From Schizosaccharomyces osmophilus (lineage: Eukaryota), in assembly GCF_027921745.1 (NCBI RefSeq), contig NC_079239.1, positions 2,480,001-2,544,000 on the forward strand: a DNA stretch of 64,000 bases, read 5' to 3'. Below are positions 22,601-34,894 of the stretch, piece by piece. The notes below the pieces were generated by a model, which did no database searches, had not been told where the DNA came from, and saw only the letters and a program-made list of their open reading frames with translations. Every line of letters starts with the position of its first letter. Positions within the stretch are counted from its first letter, which is position 1. Made by a program: the position numbers and the translations under genes.

Positions 22601-25600
22601 GGAATTAAATGCTCGCCGTTTGTAGTCATACCGCTTCGGAAATGAGTAATGCCAGTGTCAGTTTGTTTAGACCAGCGTAAATCAGATTGTGGAATTAACA
22701 CATGGCCCATTGAAAGCATACCTAAACCTCCCAGTTCTTTGGGTGAATAGAACACAGCTGGTGGAAACCGGCTAGGCATTTTAGAATTGAGAGAAATTTT
22801 CACTCGAGTTTGAACTTTAGATTCGCATTTCACAAGCACATCCAACAATTCCGGAGTCGAAATCGCAGCCTCGCGATAGTAAGTCATTAAAGCAATTAAA
22901 GCTGTATTCCATTTGTTAGCGATCTTGGTAAATGTGGTTGAACCAGAAGACATAAGAATTTGACGAATACGGTTACTGAATTTCTTGATGTCTTCGTCGG
23001 TGACGCGAATGAATGCCTGTGCTGTTCTTTCTTTTGTTAGATTATTCGTCAAGTTCCAAACGCCATCTCGTAAAGTAAATTCCTCATTTTGTCTAACTTT
23101 AGGAAGGATTCGAAGTTCAAATCCGGCCATGGCAAACAATAAATTGGGGTTATCTTTACTGTAAACACTTGGGAATGTATCCTCCCAGTCTAGGGTGGTT
23201 AAAGAACGGGGCAAACGATTGCGTATTTCCCAAAATACTGCACGGCCTAAGTTAACATCATGCTTCATGAGACGCATTCGGGCATCCCTTGGCCAGCAAT
23301 TTTTCTTCCCTTTTGAATAGTTTACAACGTTGCTGTTTGTAGGATCAGGATTCTCATTCAAAAAGCGCTGGATTAATTCGCGAGCTTCGTCTGCATTAAA
23401 TCTGAACATTATGTAAATACGATCAATATATCTTGTATATAAACGAATTGGATGCCTAGACTCCGTAGCCTGGTCTTTAAAATGCAGAAAATCATTGGGC
23501 GACTCAGGAGGGCCAGCGATTTCAGTAGCTCTTTGAAGGCCAAGAATGAGCAAGTCCAGCACAAGTCCATAGAATTGCCAGATAAAACTTGAAAATTGAA
23601 GTCCGCGGACTAGTCCATAAGAATTCGTATGAGACATATCTTTGTAAGACAAAACAACATTGTTTTTAGCGCTTGCATAAGATGCAAGATTAGTATCCAT
23701 AAGTAACGACAAAAGTCGATTTAAGAGGGTTAAATCAACTTTTTCAAATGATTTTGATAAACTTGATTCCATTAATACATTACATTCACCATTTTGTGTT
23801 TCCCAGACATCAGTTAAGTTATTAATTCCCTGGCACCACTTGTATACAAGAAGCGGGGGAGGTTCAGAATCTCCAGGTTTGATCCAAGAAGGAAACAAAT
23901 GACGACGGTCTGCCTCAAACCATAGGTACTGGTCTAAATAGGCATCGCAGATCTTTTCCATTGGATCGACAGAATATACTGGAATTAGATGGGAGTACAT
24001 ATCCATAAATTCAATGCCAACTTCTTTAAATGTTCTCATCGTAAGTAAACGTCTCTTTATTTGGGATAACATCTCATGAGGATTGTCATAGGCTTGTTCA
24101 ACTAATGCCAATTCTTCTCTTTGAGATTGATTTAAGCGACCTTTCACAGAATATGCCTCTTTTAGCCTTTCCAAAGCCAAAACTAAAAGTTTAGTATCAT
24201 GTTTGTATGACAACGGAGGAAAGGGAATCGGCTGGAAGCGGCGGCTTTCTAACCAGTGAACGACAGTGGTATATATAGCAACGGCTTCATCAGCTGTAAC
24301 ATAGGGTCCGTCTTTAAGATAATTGTGTTGTCGTTCTTGTTCGGCCTTCAACCACAATCTAGTCAGTCTTCCTAAATTCTTCTTTGCTACTGTCTTGTCA
24401 ACAGTTGCACCGCGGCGAATACGTTCACGGTTAAAGTGAGCGACAGAAGTCCACCAATCGGCCTTGGACTTTACATAACGAAGGATCATATTTTCTATAG
24501 GAGCTGGTAATCCCGGAACCTTCCAAGGGATATTAGCTTTCCAACATCTCCAAGCTTCACTCAAATGCTGCAAAATGGTTTTGCTTTTGCCTTGACGAAT
24601 ACCTTCAGGAATCATATCAAGAATATCGTTCATGACAGCTGCTCTCAATTCCAAATCTTGATGAGAATCAACACGCTGCTTTGTGATTTGTTTAGCAACG
24701 CCAGTGGCATGACGACCCTCGAATTGTCTAGCAAGCAAATTACCCAACCAACGTTCTAACAGAGGAACAATACCTCTCAAAAAGAAAAGCCATACACGCC
24801 AACTTGGAGCCCAAAATCCGCAGCCAGGTCCCTTACCGACAGGTCCAGTATTAAAACGATAATAAATTAAGTGTTTTAAATCCTTACAAGCTCGGATTTG
24901 TCTCATTAAGCGGTACTTATAACGGTACATTCCTGTTAGTTGACCAATATGGTTGAAGGTATAATGTAATCCGTCGGCTAGCTGATAAGCATCAATATTC
25001 CCCAAACGATACTGTACATGAGAGTCAACAATCAATTTCGTAAGTCGAAGAATTTCACGCATCAAATGAAAAGCATTACCAAATCTCGACTTTTTTCTTT
25101 CCTTGGTAGTAAGAGTTTTAGTTGGCTTTAAATTACAGTTATAATCCAAATGCAAGTAAGTAAGTCCCTTGCGGTGGATTAATAATTGAAGCATGTTATA
25201 ACCTTGACGACAAACCTGAAGACCAGCTTCAACCCAGTCGATGGTTGTACTCTGAAAAAACTTTGTGTTCTTTAATTGCCTAAACAAATTCCTGTTTGTG
25301 TGTGGTTTTGGATGAGGTGTGTGAAGCTTATTCATGACATGTGACTTTAACAACTTCTGGTAGGATACACGAACTTTAACCGGTTGGTTAGGAGGACAAT
25401 GTTCTAAGTACCATTGCTTTACCAAGGGCACGTCCTGCGCTCGCTTGGTAATACCAGAGCGTTTGTTAAAAGGATACGGGGCCCACCATAACGTCAACGC
25501 ATTAGCAGTATGTTCAAACTCCAAATCTTCATCAGCAAAGAAAGGGTCAAACGGAACCTCAAATTCATCCTCATCATTAAGTGTTTCATCTTCGTGTGAC

Positions 25601-26757
25601 ATTGATAGCTTTTGAGATCGTAACTGGCGCGAAGTTATAGGATTAATTAATGGATCCCAGAAAAACGCAGGCAAATCTGGATCCTCTGGTGGAATGAATA
25701 CATTCATGGGCTGATGATATTCGCTCAGTACGACACTCCGGGCTCTGGAATTATACAAAAACGGGTAAGCAATCCTGTATTCTGTTCGAATCGGCTGTCT
25801 AATAATAAGTTTATAAATATCATTGAATTCATTCCAGTCCTCGGTTTCTGGGGCTTCATCTTTGTATAATGGTTCGAATTTGGGTCCACCAGGTATCGCC
25901 ACATTCAAAGCTTTAGCAGTAAAAAAGCTTTGATCATTAAACAAGTAAAAATAATTATCATCTCTTAAATCGCTCAGAAGCTGATACGAAAGACGATGTA
26001 AATTTGCCATTTGCGGCAGATTTAGTTGCCATTTTCTATATGTAGGGCCATTGATATGAGGTGTATCCTCAAGAGCACGGGTATCATAAAACCAATCGTA
26101 AACCGGTGCATCTTCTTCTTCATCCAAGTCCATCCGCACGCCTTCTAAGGGCTCTAAATCTAATAATTGATCTATAGAAAATGGGGGTTCCTCATCATCG
26201 AATGGAGGGAATCGCAAGCGCTTGAAATTCTTTCTATCACGTTTCTCTCTTCTCATCATAACCCACATGGACCCCCATTGTGCTATATAATGAGGTTCAA
26301 TTACACGAGGGCTTTCATTCACAAACGTAATAGCACCTGTAACATGGTACAGAACACGTACTTCTCTGTATTCTTCCCATGGCATTGGCATATTTTCGAG
26401 CAATTTTAAAACAGCATGAGGTAAATACTTGAGGGCACCCAAATAAGAACGCTTATCGGCACGAAATTTTTTAGATGCCATGTCGCCGCGCTCCTTCATA
26501 ATTTTGCGCAAGTGTTCAGGAGGAAGATCTGCCTTCTCTGTTTGAACAAATCCTTGTTTCCTTTTAGGTCCAAACTTGCTTTTTTGGGAAGCGTGCCATT
26601 TTCGGTTACGCTCACTCAACTGTTTTTCCAAATTACCGCCAGGAGCTGGTGCTTTTGGTTTTTTCTTTTTCGCATATCCAGGAGGTGGAGGAGGAGGTTG
26701 ATTTGGAGGCTCAAATCCAGGCGGAGGAGGTGGATTCCCCGGTGGTACCGACGCCAT
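19678..26757 (-). CDS. spp42: U5 snRNP core protein Prp8
   Basis: 2359-aa intronless ORF with continuous Prp8 conservation from the Pro-rich N-terminus to the Jab1/MPN domain; no intein. Confidence 0.98.
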   Translation of the reverse strand: MASVPPGNPPPPPGFEPPNQPPPPPPGYAKKKKPKAPAPGGNLEKQLSERNRKWHASQKSKFGPKRKQGFVQTEKADLPPEHLRKIMKERGDMASKKFRADKRSYLGALKYLPHAVLKLLENMPMPWEEYREVRVLYHVTGAITFVNESPRVIEPHYIAQWGSMWVMMRREKRDRKNFKRLRFPPFDDEEPPFSIDQLLDLEPLEGVRMDLDEEEDAPVYDWFYDTRALEDTPHINGPTYRKWQLNLPQMANLHRLSYQLLSDLRDDNYFYLFNDQSFFTAKALNVAIPGGPKFEPLYKDEAPETEDWNEFNDIYKLIIRQPIRTEYRIAYPFLYNSRARSVVLSEYHQPMNVFIPPEDPDLPAFFWDPLINPITSRQLRSQKLSMSHEDETLNDEDEFEVPFDPFFADEDLEFEHTANALTLWWAPYPFNKRSGITKRAQDVPLVKQWYLEHCPPNQPVKVRVSYQKLLKSHVMNKLHTPHPKPHTNRNLFRQLKNTKFFQSTTIDWVEAGLQVCRQGYNMLQLLIHRKGLTYLHLDYNCNLKPTKTLTTKERKKSRFGNAFHLMREILRLTKLIVDSHVQYRLGNIDAYQLADGLHYTFNHIGQLTGMYRYKYRLMRQIRACKDLKHLIYYRFNTGPVGKGPGCGFWAPSWRVWLFFLRGIVPLLERWLGNLLARQFEGRHATGVAKQITKQRVDSHQDLELRAAVMNDILDMIPEGIRQGKSKTILQHLSEAWRCWKANIPWKVPGLPAPIENMILRYVKSKADWWTSVAHFNRERIRRGATVDKTVAKKNLGRLTRLWLKAEQERQHNYLKDGPYVTADEAVAIYTTVVHWLESRRFQPIPFPPLSYKHDTKLLVLALERLKEAYSVKGRLNQSQREELALVEQAYDNPHEMLSQIKRRLLTMRTFKEVGIEFMDMYSHLIPVYSVDPMEKICDAYLDQYLWFEADRRHLFPSWIKPGDSEPPPLLVYKWCQGINNLTDVWETQNGECNVLMESSLSKSFEKVDLTLLNRLLSLLMDTNLASYASAKNNVVLSYKDMSHTNSYGLVRGLQFSSFIWQFYGLVLDLLILGLQRATEIAGPPESPNDFLHFKDQATESRHPIRLYTRYIDRIYIMFRFNADEARELIQRFLNENPDPTNSNVVNYSKGKKNCWPRDARMRLMKHDVNLGRAVFWEIRNRLPRSLTTLDWEDTFPSVYSKDNPNLLFAMAGFELRILPKVRQNEEFTLRDGVWNLTNNLTKERTAQAFIRVTDEDIKKFSNRIRQILMSSGSTTFTKIANKWNTALIALMTYYREAAISTPELLDVLVKCESKVQTRVKISLNSKMPSRFPPAVFYSPKELGGLGMLSMGHVLIPQSDLRWSKQTDTGITHFRSGMTTNGEHLIPNLYRYIQPWESEFIDSQRVWAEYAMKRQEALQQNRRLTLEDLEDSWDRGIPRINTLFQKDRHTLAYDKGWRIRTEFKQYQLLKNNPFWWTSQRHDGKLWQLNNYRVDVIQALGGVEGILEHTMFKATGFPSWEGLFWEKASGFEESMKFKKLTNAQRSGLNQIPNRRFTLWWSPTINRANVYVGFQVQLDLTGIMMHGKIPTLKISLIQIFRSHLWQKIHESVVWDLCQVFDQELESLQIETVQKETIHPRKSYKMNSSCADILLFAAYKWNVSRPSLLNDNRDVLDNTTTNKYWVDVQLRFGDYDSHDIERYTRAKFLDYSTDSQSIYPSPTGVLIGIDLCYNMHSAYGNWIPGMKPLIQQSMNKIMKANPALYVLRERIRKGLQLYASEPQEQYLSSSNYADLFSNQIQLFVDDTNVYRVTIHKTFEGNLTTKPINGAIFIFNPRTGQLFLKVIHTSVWAGQKRLGQLAKWKTAEEVAALIRSLPVEEQPKQIIVTRKGMLDPLEVHLLDFPNITIKGSELQLPFQAIIKLERINDLILRATEPQMVLFNLYDDWLQSVSSYTAFSRLILILRALNVNPEKTKLILRPDKSIITQANHIWPSLDDQQWLDVEPQLRDLILADYAKKNNVNVASLTNSEVRDIILGMAISAPSLQRQQIAEIEKQGRDNDQVTAVTTKTTNIHGDEMVVTTTSAYENEKFSSKTEWRNRAISSTNLHLRTKNVYVNSDNISEIVPYTYVLPQNLLRKFVMISDLRTQVAGMLYGRSPADNPQIKEIHCIAMVPQLGSIKNVQIPSKLPEDLQLPILDDLEPLGWVHTQSSELPYLSSADVTTHAKLSTQHGDWAGKSIALTVSYVPGSISLAAYGVTDEGISWGSNNMDINSDEAVGFNPEMGQKCQLLLSDRIQGFFLTPEEDVWNYNFNGASFSGNMTYGMKLDVPLSFFALEHRPTHVISYTEMEGNDHFEEDMPDAFA

Positions 26758-27209
26758 TTATGCAGGTTAATGTCAACTTTTCAGTGGCAGTTAAGTATTT
26801 TATGATGGAGTGTTTAGTATTTTACGCACGTTAGCGAATTTCGTTATTCTAATTATAAACGAAGTTCCAGCATTCACGAGGCTCGTTATTGCTGAGCTTG
26901 TACAAATGTGTAGAACGATAATATCATACTACAACTTAAATTTCAATACCTGAAGATAAAAGAAGCTACAATAGTATTGTATTTATTAAGATTAAAAAAT
27001 TAAACTTCATTATATTGAAATCTTTTAGACTCGGATGCTGTTGTGAATGAAAGAATGAGTATGTATATACATGAAAAATGTAAGTTGAACCATAAATAAG
27101 CCATGAAATTTCAGTATGCTTCAAAATTTGAGTAGCAGATAATCTTAGGACATCTACCAAAAATCCGATAATTATAATGAGTCGATAAAATTAAGTCTTC
27201 GTGTTAACA

Positions 27210-30200
27210 TCAAGAGTAAAATCGAGAAAAAATCAAATGTAAGAACATATTCGTGTTAAACTTGAGTCTTCCTTCCAAAACGTCTATAGTAAGTACTTTA
27301 TTATATTGAGCTGAAAGGAGATCATCCAGTTGAAGTTCGCATCTCGGGCTGGTAACTTGAACCGCATTGCTACTAGCTTCCAAAGTGAATTTTCCTACTT
27401 CGTCGGCGGATATAGTGATATACAATTTATCGTGGTGAGGCATGTGAGACATGGAGACTAGAATGCCTCGATCGTAAAGTTTCGTGGCAGTATATTTGAA
27501 TGATCCGAAGCGAGGAACTCTACCGGATTTTCTCAATTCACGCATATGGAAGTATTGTTTCGAAAACGGTATTAGTTTTTTCTTTCCTTTCTTCGATTGA
27601 AGAGTTTCCATAGCTTGCTCAATGTATTCGTTATAACTTTTCAGTTGAGAGTCCAGAAAAGCTCGTTTATCCTTTAAGCTGACCAAGTTTTGGCGACCAA
27701 AATCAAGTTCTCGTTGGCGTTGAAGTCGACGTTTTGATTTATTTCGAATATCCAGAGCGATAGAATTAACAATGTCCTGGTAGTTATTAGATCGATTTGC
27801 AAAACCAAGATTTTCTAATTCTAGAACATTGGTTAATGCCAAGTATTTTAGTTCAGCAAATGAACTAGATGAGAGCGTATCGTCAAATGCTTCGAATCTT
27901 TGATTTCTTTCCGCTTCTGCAACCAAAAGTTCACGCCAAGTTTCCTCATCTTCATCGGTGACAGGTTTTACTAAAATGTCCATAAGACTAGTTCCGTTTT
28001 GTACCCTGATAATAAAGAATATATAGCGCTTGGTTTGTACTATTAGTGATCTTTCTTCGGCAACAGGGTCCTCTACAGTGCAAAACCGAGGACTCAACTC
28101 TAATTTAATGTCAGTTTCACTTTCCAAAAATTCATCATCTTTAGGTGACGTTGATTCCAATTCACTTATCACAGCCCGTAATGGATCATTTGGTGAATCA
28201 GTAGCAATCAAGTCTGAAGCGCGTGATATTTGTGTATATATATTAAGGATATCGTCTCGTTTCATATAAATTACGGGCCGCTTTGTGCTTACTATATCTT
28301 CAAACACATCAAATTCAAAGTAAGTCTCTGGATCAACGACATCAGTTAAATGCTCCAAAAAAATTACGATATCCTGTTTGGAAACTTCAATAAACTCTGA
28401 AAGAGGTCTTAAAAAGCCTAACTGCCGTGAGTCACGAGGCTCAACACTGAAGATTTCGGATAGAATATCTGAAAAGCAATTGAGATTTTTTCTTTGTAGA
28501 GCATTAATGTGACCTTCCACCAATTTATAATTATCAGGTGAAATTAGCAAAGGCTTGATGTAATTATCAAAAACGAAGCGTCCTATAATACCAAATACCC
28601 ACTCTTTCCTTGCTGATGGAAAATTCTGTTCTAAAGATAACTTCAGCTGAGAAGCAACGTAGCATAGTGAAAAAGGAAAGCTTTCAATATTCCTGGATAA
28701 TGCGATTATAAATGATTGACATAACTTTCTCAATTCTCGCAAGCGACCAACATAAAGGTTCCTTGTTGGAGAATGTTGCATAGCAATATTTAAAGCAACC
28801 TTGGGGTTTTCTGAATGATCCTTTCGATTTGGTTCAAATTGTTTCAACAAGGCTACGGGATTTATTTCAAAATCCATTCTTTCGTCGTATACTAATATTT
28901 TATGCATACGGCTGAGTATTGATTTCCAGAGCTTGGCATCCCTTATATTTCCCAAAAGACCCATTAACAAAATCTTCCAAATAGATTCATTGTTTAGAAT
29001 GTCTTCAGTAGTTTCAGCTTGACTAACTTCCATGTTTAGTACATTTGTCATCAACCTTAGAAACAAGACTTCCTCACGTCTATTAGATGCGTGACCAAAG
29101 ATTTGCAGAATTAAATAGGTAATATGCCTCAATTGCATAAAACTAGGATTACTCTTATTTAATATGTGCAAATAATTAGTAATATAGATTTCGTTAGTTT
29201 GTAGCACATAAAAAAAGCATTGAACAAGATCAAGGTAACGTCTGCTTGAGTTATTAAGGGTTTTCATTGAACGAGAATTGGCAATGTAGTCGGAAACCTG
29301 TTTGCCTGGTTTATATTTATTGTGGTGCTTTAGAACATCATCAAGACTGATTTTGTTCTTAACTAAAAGCGCAATCTTGACGTCCAGTTCATTGATATGC
29401 TCTTCAATCGTTTCATTTTCGCGGACGAGTTTTACAATTTCTTTGCGCATATTTTCTATGCAAACATCTTCTTCAAAGTCAAAGTTGTTATCATCCAATA
29501 AGTGAACAAAATTCTTGACGGTCATAACCGGGGGATTTCTAGCGGTAGCTAGTTCACGATATGCAAGACCCTCTTGACGGCCCCGATATACTGATTTCGC
29601 AATTATCGGATTTTCCATTTTCTGATGAAAGCTTTGTAGTTTCCTCGCAAAATTACTTCTCGCCAAGCAGCCTCTAATAGTGGACTGTAAAGCTAATGTC
29701 TCATCTATGGAGGATTCTAATTGAATTTCGATGAAGTTCACATCGTCTCGAAGTAAAACAGCTCTCACAGCAGATTGTACGAAAAGGATATCTCTGGAAT
29801 GTTTAACAAGATGAATGTTTAGTTTTGCAACAGAAATCCTTGTTAAAAATCCTCGAATAAAAGATTGTAATGTAGTGACGGAAGCTGTATGAGAATAAAG
29901 CTCTTCTAGTATATTCAACTGCCAGCGTTGTGACAGTAACCCTCGACAAATTGATTGCAACGGAATAAGCGAAGGAGACAAATAGTGTAACTGCTTCAAG
30001 TGTCCTTTGTAGATACTACGCAATAAGCATCCTCTCGATAAAGTTGACAAACTAGTAAAAGACGAAGATTGGGATTCTAAAGAGGACTTTAAATTATTGA
30101 GTCTCCTTCTTAGAAAGAAACCTCTGCACATGGCATGGAACCGATAAGGAAACGAATCCAATTCTCTCGACAATTGCTTCAAACGATTGCGGAACAAAGC

Positions 30201-31625
30201 ACCACGTATAACGCTTTGTAATTGAATAATTGAAGGTATGTAATGATAAAGATTGTCCAGCATGTTTACAATTTGATGACGGGTCAGGTATCCATGGGAA
30301 GATGACTGAATTAAAATAAATGAAGACTCCTTCTCTTTTAAACGTTCTAAGATAGCAACTTGGCTCCTCCTGTAAAACCCTGCACGAATAACAGCTTGCA
30401 TTTTTGGAACTGAACGCAAACTTTCATTTCGAAGTACTTTTTCCTTGTATTCGACTCGGACAAGATGTCCACGGATTGAAGATTGAAGTGATTCAGTCCA
30501 CCTAACCATTTCCTCATACGCATTCTCATTAATCTTGTATGTTGATCGAGACAAATATCCTCTGATCATAGCCTGAAAAGTTTCAACATGAGTGCTTTGT
30601 TCTGCTAAAGATTGCAATACGTCGACCAGCTTGATTCTCGCGATTACACCACGACAGCAAGCTTGAACGCCATTCAAAACATTATCCTGGAATGGAGCAC
30701 GTTCTAACTGGTGATAAGGATTATAATACGAAAAGAGAGCTTCTCGTCGTCGATTAGGGGAAAATGTTGTAAAAAAAGAAGGACTTGGGGAATCACGTAA
30801 AGATGAAGATGGCGGTTGCAAAAATGAATCTTCAAATCCATTAAGCTTCGAGGAAGAAGATAAAGCAGGTGTGCTTGATTTGAAACTGTTTAGTGAAGGG
30901 AGAGAGGATTTAGTTCTTCTATGAGAAGTGGAAGAGGAAAGCGGACTTCGTGTATCTTCTTCTTTATATTTAAGCGGAGAAGTTAAAGGGGAAGAAAAGG
31001 CAGATCCTGAGTCGGATAAGTCTTGAGACCTAGCACGCGAATGCTTAGGAGATGCAGCAGGGTTTCGGGTAGGGGACAGTGTAGGACTAGCACGAAGCAT
31101 AAAATCACTGCTTAAGGCAGTAAAGTTTGGTAGTATTGCGTTTGATTGTTGCAGTCTTCGGACTATTTGGGCAACATCATCATCAGCAAAGTTCAAATTC
31201 TCATTTATTCGTACCAAGGGAGGAGCTAAATTTTGCATTGACAAAAAGAATGAAAGAGCATGGATACAATATATAACCTTGGGAAGGTTCTTCCCTTCAT
31301 AGATATCTGTGAGTTCAAAATGAAATATCTCAGGGAGTTTTATGTCGGCTATAAAGTCCAGAAATTTATTGATATTGTCTGAGTGACGGAACTGGAGCTC
31401 ATCAGACTCAAACACTCGGAAACGTCTGAATGGTTGAAACCGTAAAACCAGCTTTGCCAGCACGACTCCATTTCGCAAAGACTGTTCGAAAGTAGAGATG
31501 GGTCCCAAATTGGTATCCAAGCATTCTTCAATCCAGTTTTTTGCTTCTGTTACACGACATAAGTAATTTAAAGCTTGAATGGTATCCCGTTGTTTATCTT
31601 TCCATCGCATAGTTGAAGTTCTCAT
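27210..31625 (-). CDS. rng2: IQGAP contractile-ring protein (a short upstream exon is possible)
   Basis: N-terminal CH domain (YLCRVTEAKNWIEECL), IQ repeats, GAP-related and RasGAP_C regions. Confidence 0.93.
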   Translation of the reverse strand: MRTSTMRWKDKQRDTIQALNYLCRVTEAKNWIEECLDTNLGPISTFEQSLRNGVVLAKLVLRFQPFRRFRVFESDELQFRHSDNINKFLDFIADIKLPEIFHFELTDIYEGKNLPKVIYCIHALSFFLSMQNLAPPLVRINENLNFADDDVAQIVRRLQQSNAILPNFTALSSDFMLRASPTLSPTRNPAASPKHSRARSQDLSDSGSAFSSPLTSPLKYKEEDTRSPLSSSTSHRRTKSSLPSLNSFKSSTPALSSSSKLNGFEDSFLQPPSSSLRDSPSPSFFTTFSPNRRREALFSYYNPYHQLERAPFQDNVLNGVQACCRGVIARIKLVDVLQSLAEQSTHVETFQAMIRGYLSRSTYKINENAYEEMVRWTESLQSSIRGHLVRVEYKEKVLRNESLRSVPKMQAVIRAGFYRRSQVAILERLKEKESSFILIQSSSHGYLTRHQIVNMLDNLYHYIPSIIQLQSVIRGALFRNRLKQLSRELDSFPYRFHAMCRGFFLRRRLNNLKSSLESQSSSFTSLSTLSRGCLLRSIYKGHLKQLHYLSPSLIPLQSICRGLLSQRWQLNILEELYSHTASVTTLQSFIRGFLTRISVAKLNIHLVKHSRDILFVQSAVRAVLLRDDVNFIEIQLESSIDETLALQSTIRGCLARSNFARKLQSFHQKMENPIIAKSVYRGRQEGLAYRELATARNPPVMTVKNFVHLLDDNNFDFEEDVCIENMRKEIVKLVRENETIEEHINELDVKIALLVKNKISLDDVLKHHNKYKPGKQVSDYIANSRSMKTLNNSSRRYLDLVQCFFYVLQTNEIYITNYLHILNKSNPSFMQLRHITYLILQIFGHASNRREEVLFLRLMTNVLNMEVSQAETTEDILNNESIWKILLMGLLGNIRDAKLWKSILSRMHKILVYDERMDFEINPVALLKQFEPNRKDHSENPKVALNIAMQHSPTRNLYVGRLRELRKLCQSFIIALSRNIESFPFSLCYVASQLKLSLEQNFPSARKEWVFGIIGRFVFDNYIKPLLISPDNYKLVEGHINALQRKNLNCFSDILSEIFSVEPRDSRQLGFLRPLSEFIEVSKQDIVIFLEHLTDVVDPETYFEFDVFEDIVSTKRPVIYMKRDDILNIYTQISRASDLIATDSPNDPLRAVISELESTSPKDDEFLESETDIKLELSPRFCTVEDPVAEERSLIVQTKRYIFFIIRVQNGTSLMDILVKPVTDEDEETWRELLVAEAERNQRFEAFDDTLSSSSFAELKYLALTNVLELENLGFANRSNNYQDIVNSIALDIRNKSKRRLQRQRELDFGRQNLVSLKDKRAFLDSQLKSYNEYIEQAMETLQSKKGKKKLIPFSKQYFHMRELRKSGRVPRFGSFKYTATKLYDRGILVSMSHMPHHDKLYITISADEVGKFTLEASSNAVQVTSPRCELQLDDLLSAQYNKVLTIDVLEGRLKFNTNMFLHLIFSRFYS

Positions 31626-31679
31626 ATTCTGTAACTACCACTGTACGATTAGTTTCCATATAGTCTCTAGCTTAACAAA

Positions 31680-31763
31680 ATAAACAAAGAGCCTATTCAA
31701 CATTTAAAATAGTATATTAAATAGACAAAGTTTGCTAGTCGCTTGCGTTTACGACGTAAATAA
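31680..31763. promoter_or_regulatory. Forkhead-like motifs upstream of rng2
   Basis: ATAAACAA near 31680, GTTTAC at 31747-31752 and GTAAATAA at 31756-31763. Short AT-rich motifs, so weak evidence. Confidence 0.3.
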
Positions 31764-32012
31764 GAATTGTTGTTACTCTATGTGGTAGTGAAAATGGGTG
31801 TAAGACAGGTAGCTTGCAGCAATGCTGTTCGTTCAAAAGTCGTTATACAGTCTATACAAAAAAATATTGATCGTTACATTCATTGTGTTTATTTGTAAGT
31901 AAATTTGGTGTTGTTTTACATTTACGGTTACTAAAAAAGAATATAAAGGTGGATAAAAGGAAATGCTTAGTCTATTCACGAAACAGATTATCTAAAGTAT
32001 AATTCAATAAAT

Positions 32013-33545
32013 TTAATGTTTAACTTCGTAACTGCGACGGAACATGTCATCAATGCCAGTAAGGTAATAAGTACCAGAGCGAAGGCGGTCGACATTGCCT
32101 TGGGGAGTAAAGTTCTTCTTCAAATGTGCCTGGTGGCGCAATTCAATGGCGTTTTCGTACTCGACAGGAGTCATGGAATGACGGCTTTCAACATCGTTAA
32201 CAAAGTTAGCCTTGTGGGCAATATTGGAGACATCACCTTTGATGGCCAAAGAAAAGAAAGAAGAGGCTAAGCCAGAACCATAAGAGTAAGCGCCGACACG
32301 CTTACCTTGAAGTTCAGCGGCAGGAACACGTGAAAGGAGGGAGGTAAGGCAAGAGAAGACACTGGCAGTGTACATGTTACCGCAATTAGTAGGAGCATAA
32401 ATACTGGAATGGACACGCTGATTATAACGTTCTTTGGTAATAGCCATTAAGGTTTTCTCAAGAGTCTTATCGGTAAGAGTCTTGGCGGCAGGTAATGTAT
32501 TAAGGAGCTCACGGACACTATCCAATTCAGCAACGCCAGGTTGATCAGCATAGTCAGTGTAAAGAAGGCGAGCATAAGCTTTTTGAACTTGCTTACAAGT
32601 GGGGGCATGGAAGACGCAGTAGTCGAAACGGTCAATGCCTAGTCCCTTCGACTTTCCATTCTTGGCAGCATCACGAACATTATAAGCAGCATAGGCTTTG
32701 TCTAAAGCTCTGACATAACACTCAAGAGAGAAATGACCATCAACATAAGGGTATTCACTGGTCAAATCAGGCTTGTAAAAGTCATAAGCGTGTTCCATGT
32801 GAGTACCACGCAAGCCTGGTTCTAAAACGATAGGAGCGTTGGGACCAACCAAGAGAGCAACACATCCGGCACCACCGGTAGGTCTGGCATTGCCTTTGTC
32901 ATACAAAGCAATGTCGCCAGCAACTACGATGGCATCCCGACCATCCCAGGCGGAAGACTCAATCCAGTCGACAGTGTTAAAAAGGGCATTTACACCACCA
33001 TAACAGGCATTGACGCAATCGATACCTTCGACGTTGCTATTTTCACCCAGGAGTTGCATCAAAACACTCTTGACAGACTTGGACTTGTCAATGAGAGTTT
33101 CGGTACCAACTTCCAAGCGGCCAATATTGTTAACATCAATTTGGTATTTTTGAATGAGTTGAGAAAGAGCAGTAAGGGCGAAAGAATAGATATCTTCGCG
33201 GTCGTCAACAAAAGCCATTTTGTTCAATCCGAGGCCAATGGTATACTTTCCGGCAGAAACACCATCGTGTTCCTCCAAAGCAGATTGTCCAACATACTGT
33301 TGTAAAAGATTAGTAATGAAAGCCAGACGAGAGCGAAGAGAGCACACGATAGGAAGCCAAAAGAAAAGTCAGACACAAAACGCGCAACATACATAATTCC
33401 GTAGGAGCACGTTTTTACTCTACCGCGTAATTTCTTCTTTTGTTTTCGTTTTCTATTACAAAGAAAAGAGAAAGAAAGCACTTACTTGATTGGGGGTATA
33501 AAGGAAGAGACCTTTGATACCGATATCCTTTCGATCAAAAGACAT
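32013..33545 (-). CDS. hcs1: HMG-CoA synthase, 2 exons: 33545-33486, 33296-32013
   Basis: NACYGG active site, VGTET, FHAP and GNMYTAS motifs. Exon 1 MSFDRKDIGIKGLFLYTPNQ joins through a GTAAGT...CAG intron; 447 aa. Confidence 0.95.
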
Positions 33546-34894
33546 TTCTTTATTATAAGCTCGATTTATTTTGTCTTCTTAAAGACTGAATGGAAGAATG
33601 AATTTCTATGAAGAATCCGCAGGTGTCTACGCGTTCGTAAAAGGAGAAGGAAAGGTCGGAAGCACTAGCTAAAGGCTTGGCGATAGCTGCCACTTTTGTT
33701 TGTATATAACGAACGGTAACGAAGGTATGGCATAACACACTCGGATACATTAGTAAATAAATAAAAATGGTAATTAATAAAAAAGAGAGAAAAACAAGAA
33801 TATTTCGGTTTCATTTTATAAGACTTACCGAATTTTGTATATAAACAATGAATCTTAATACTTGAAAAATAATGAGAATTGATCTATAAATTTGAGCTAC
33901 TGGAGATTTAAACAATACAGTGGTCCTTCAGTTTTCTCTTCATTAGTTTACTTACAACACTTACGAACGCGTTCATCCATTTTGCCAAATTACTTATAGC
34001 ACGCTCGCCTACCAGAGTCAATTCAATGCAATAAAACAAGCATGGAAGAAGAAAAAAGGTTGATGAATTCCTCTTTTCATCCTTGTCTTGCTACTTCTTT
34101 TTGTTTTTATTTTTTACTCTTAGCATGATAATTCTTTGATAATAGGATATTTGAGTAACGATAACAAGTAACATTTTTGATGATTCTACTCTTCCGAGAC
34201 ACACGCGTAGGGTCAGTCAATTCTTTTCACTTCCCTACTAAGACCAATTCTTGCTGAAGGGCAGTTGCGAGAGGAAACTATTTGAGAATTACCATAATCA
34301 CGTATGAAAGAGTGTAAACATAATTTCTGTACGTTACAAACCAAGTGAATTTTCGAATACGCTCAAGTCGAAGATATCCTTAAGACGTGAAATAACGCTT
34401 TTTTTAATGCGTATTTGCGCTCTTATCATCGATTTGTACTTTAGATTTTGAGTGCTAGTCGTTTAATCTTGCTTGTTCCTGTTCTTTTCTTTTACTCTCA
34501 TTTGTCTTTCTGTGTTCCGTTTATATATTCTCAAAAAGAATTGCTTCTCCTCTCTTTCATTCTAAAGTGCTTTTTTTTTATTTGTGTTAATATCCTTTTT
34601 TTTACTGTATTTTCTTATTACTACGGCTGTGCTTTGTTTGTTTTATTACTATTCGCTTCCATTTGGATATTTGTTTACTAACGTTGTTTGCGCGGAAATA
34701 ACATCAATATCTAAGTTGCTAAACTCTCTCTTAGGAAGTAAACGTATTGTGGTCGGAATTGAGTTTTGTTTACTTTTGGTCAATGCTACTTCCACCAACA
34801 CTTTCTTTATAATTCTAGTACCCTACCTTATAACGAAGAATTGTGCTGTTAATAGTCTTTATTATTTGTTTATTTATTTTTATCATATTTCCTG

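Noticed and set aside
19678..26757. PRP8 intein
   Set aside because: The usual fungal insertion site ([11 protein letters not shown]) is contiguous and the protein is normal length.
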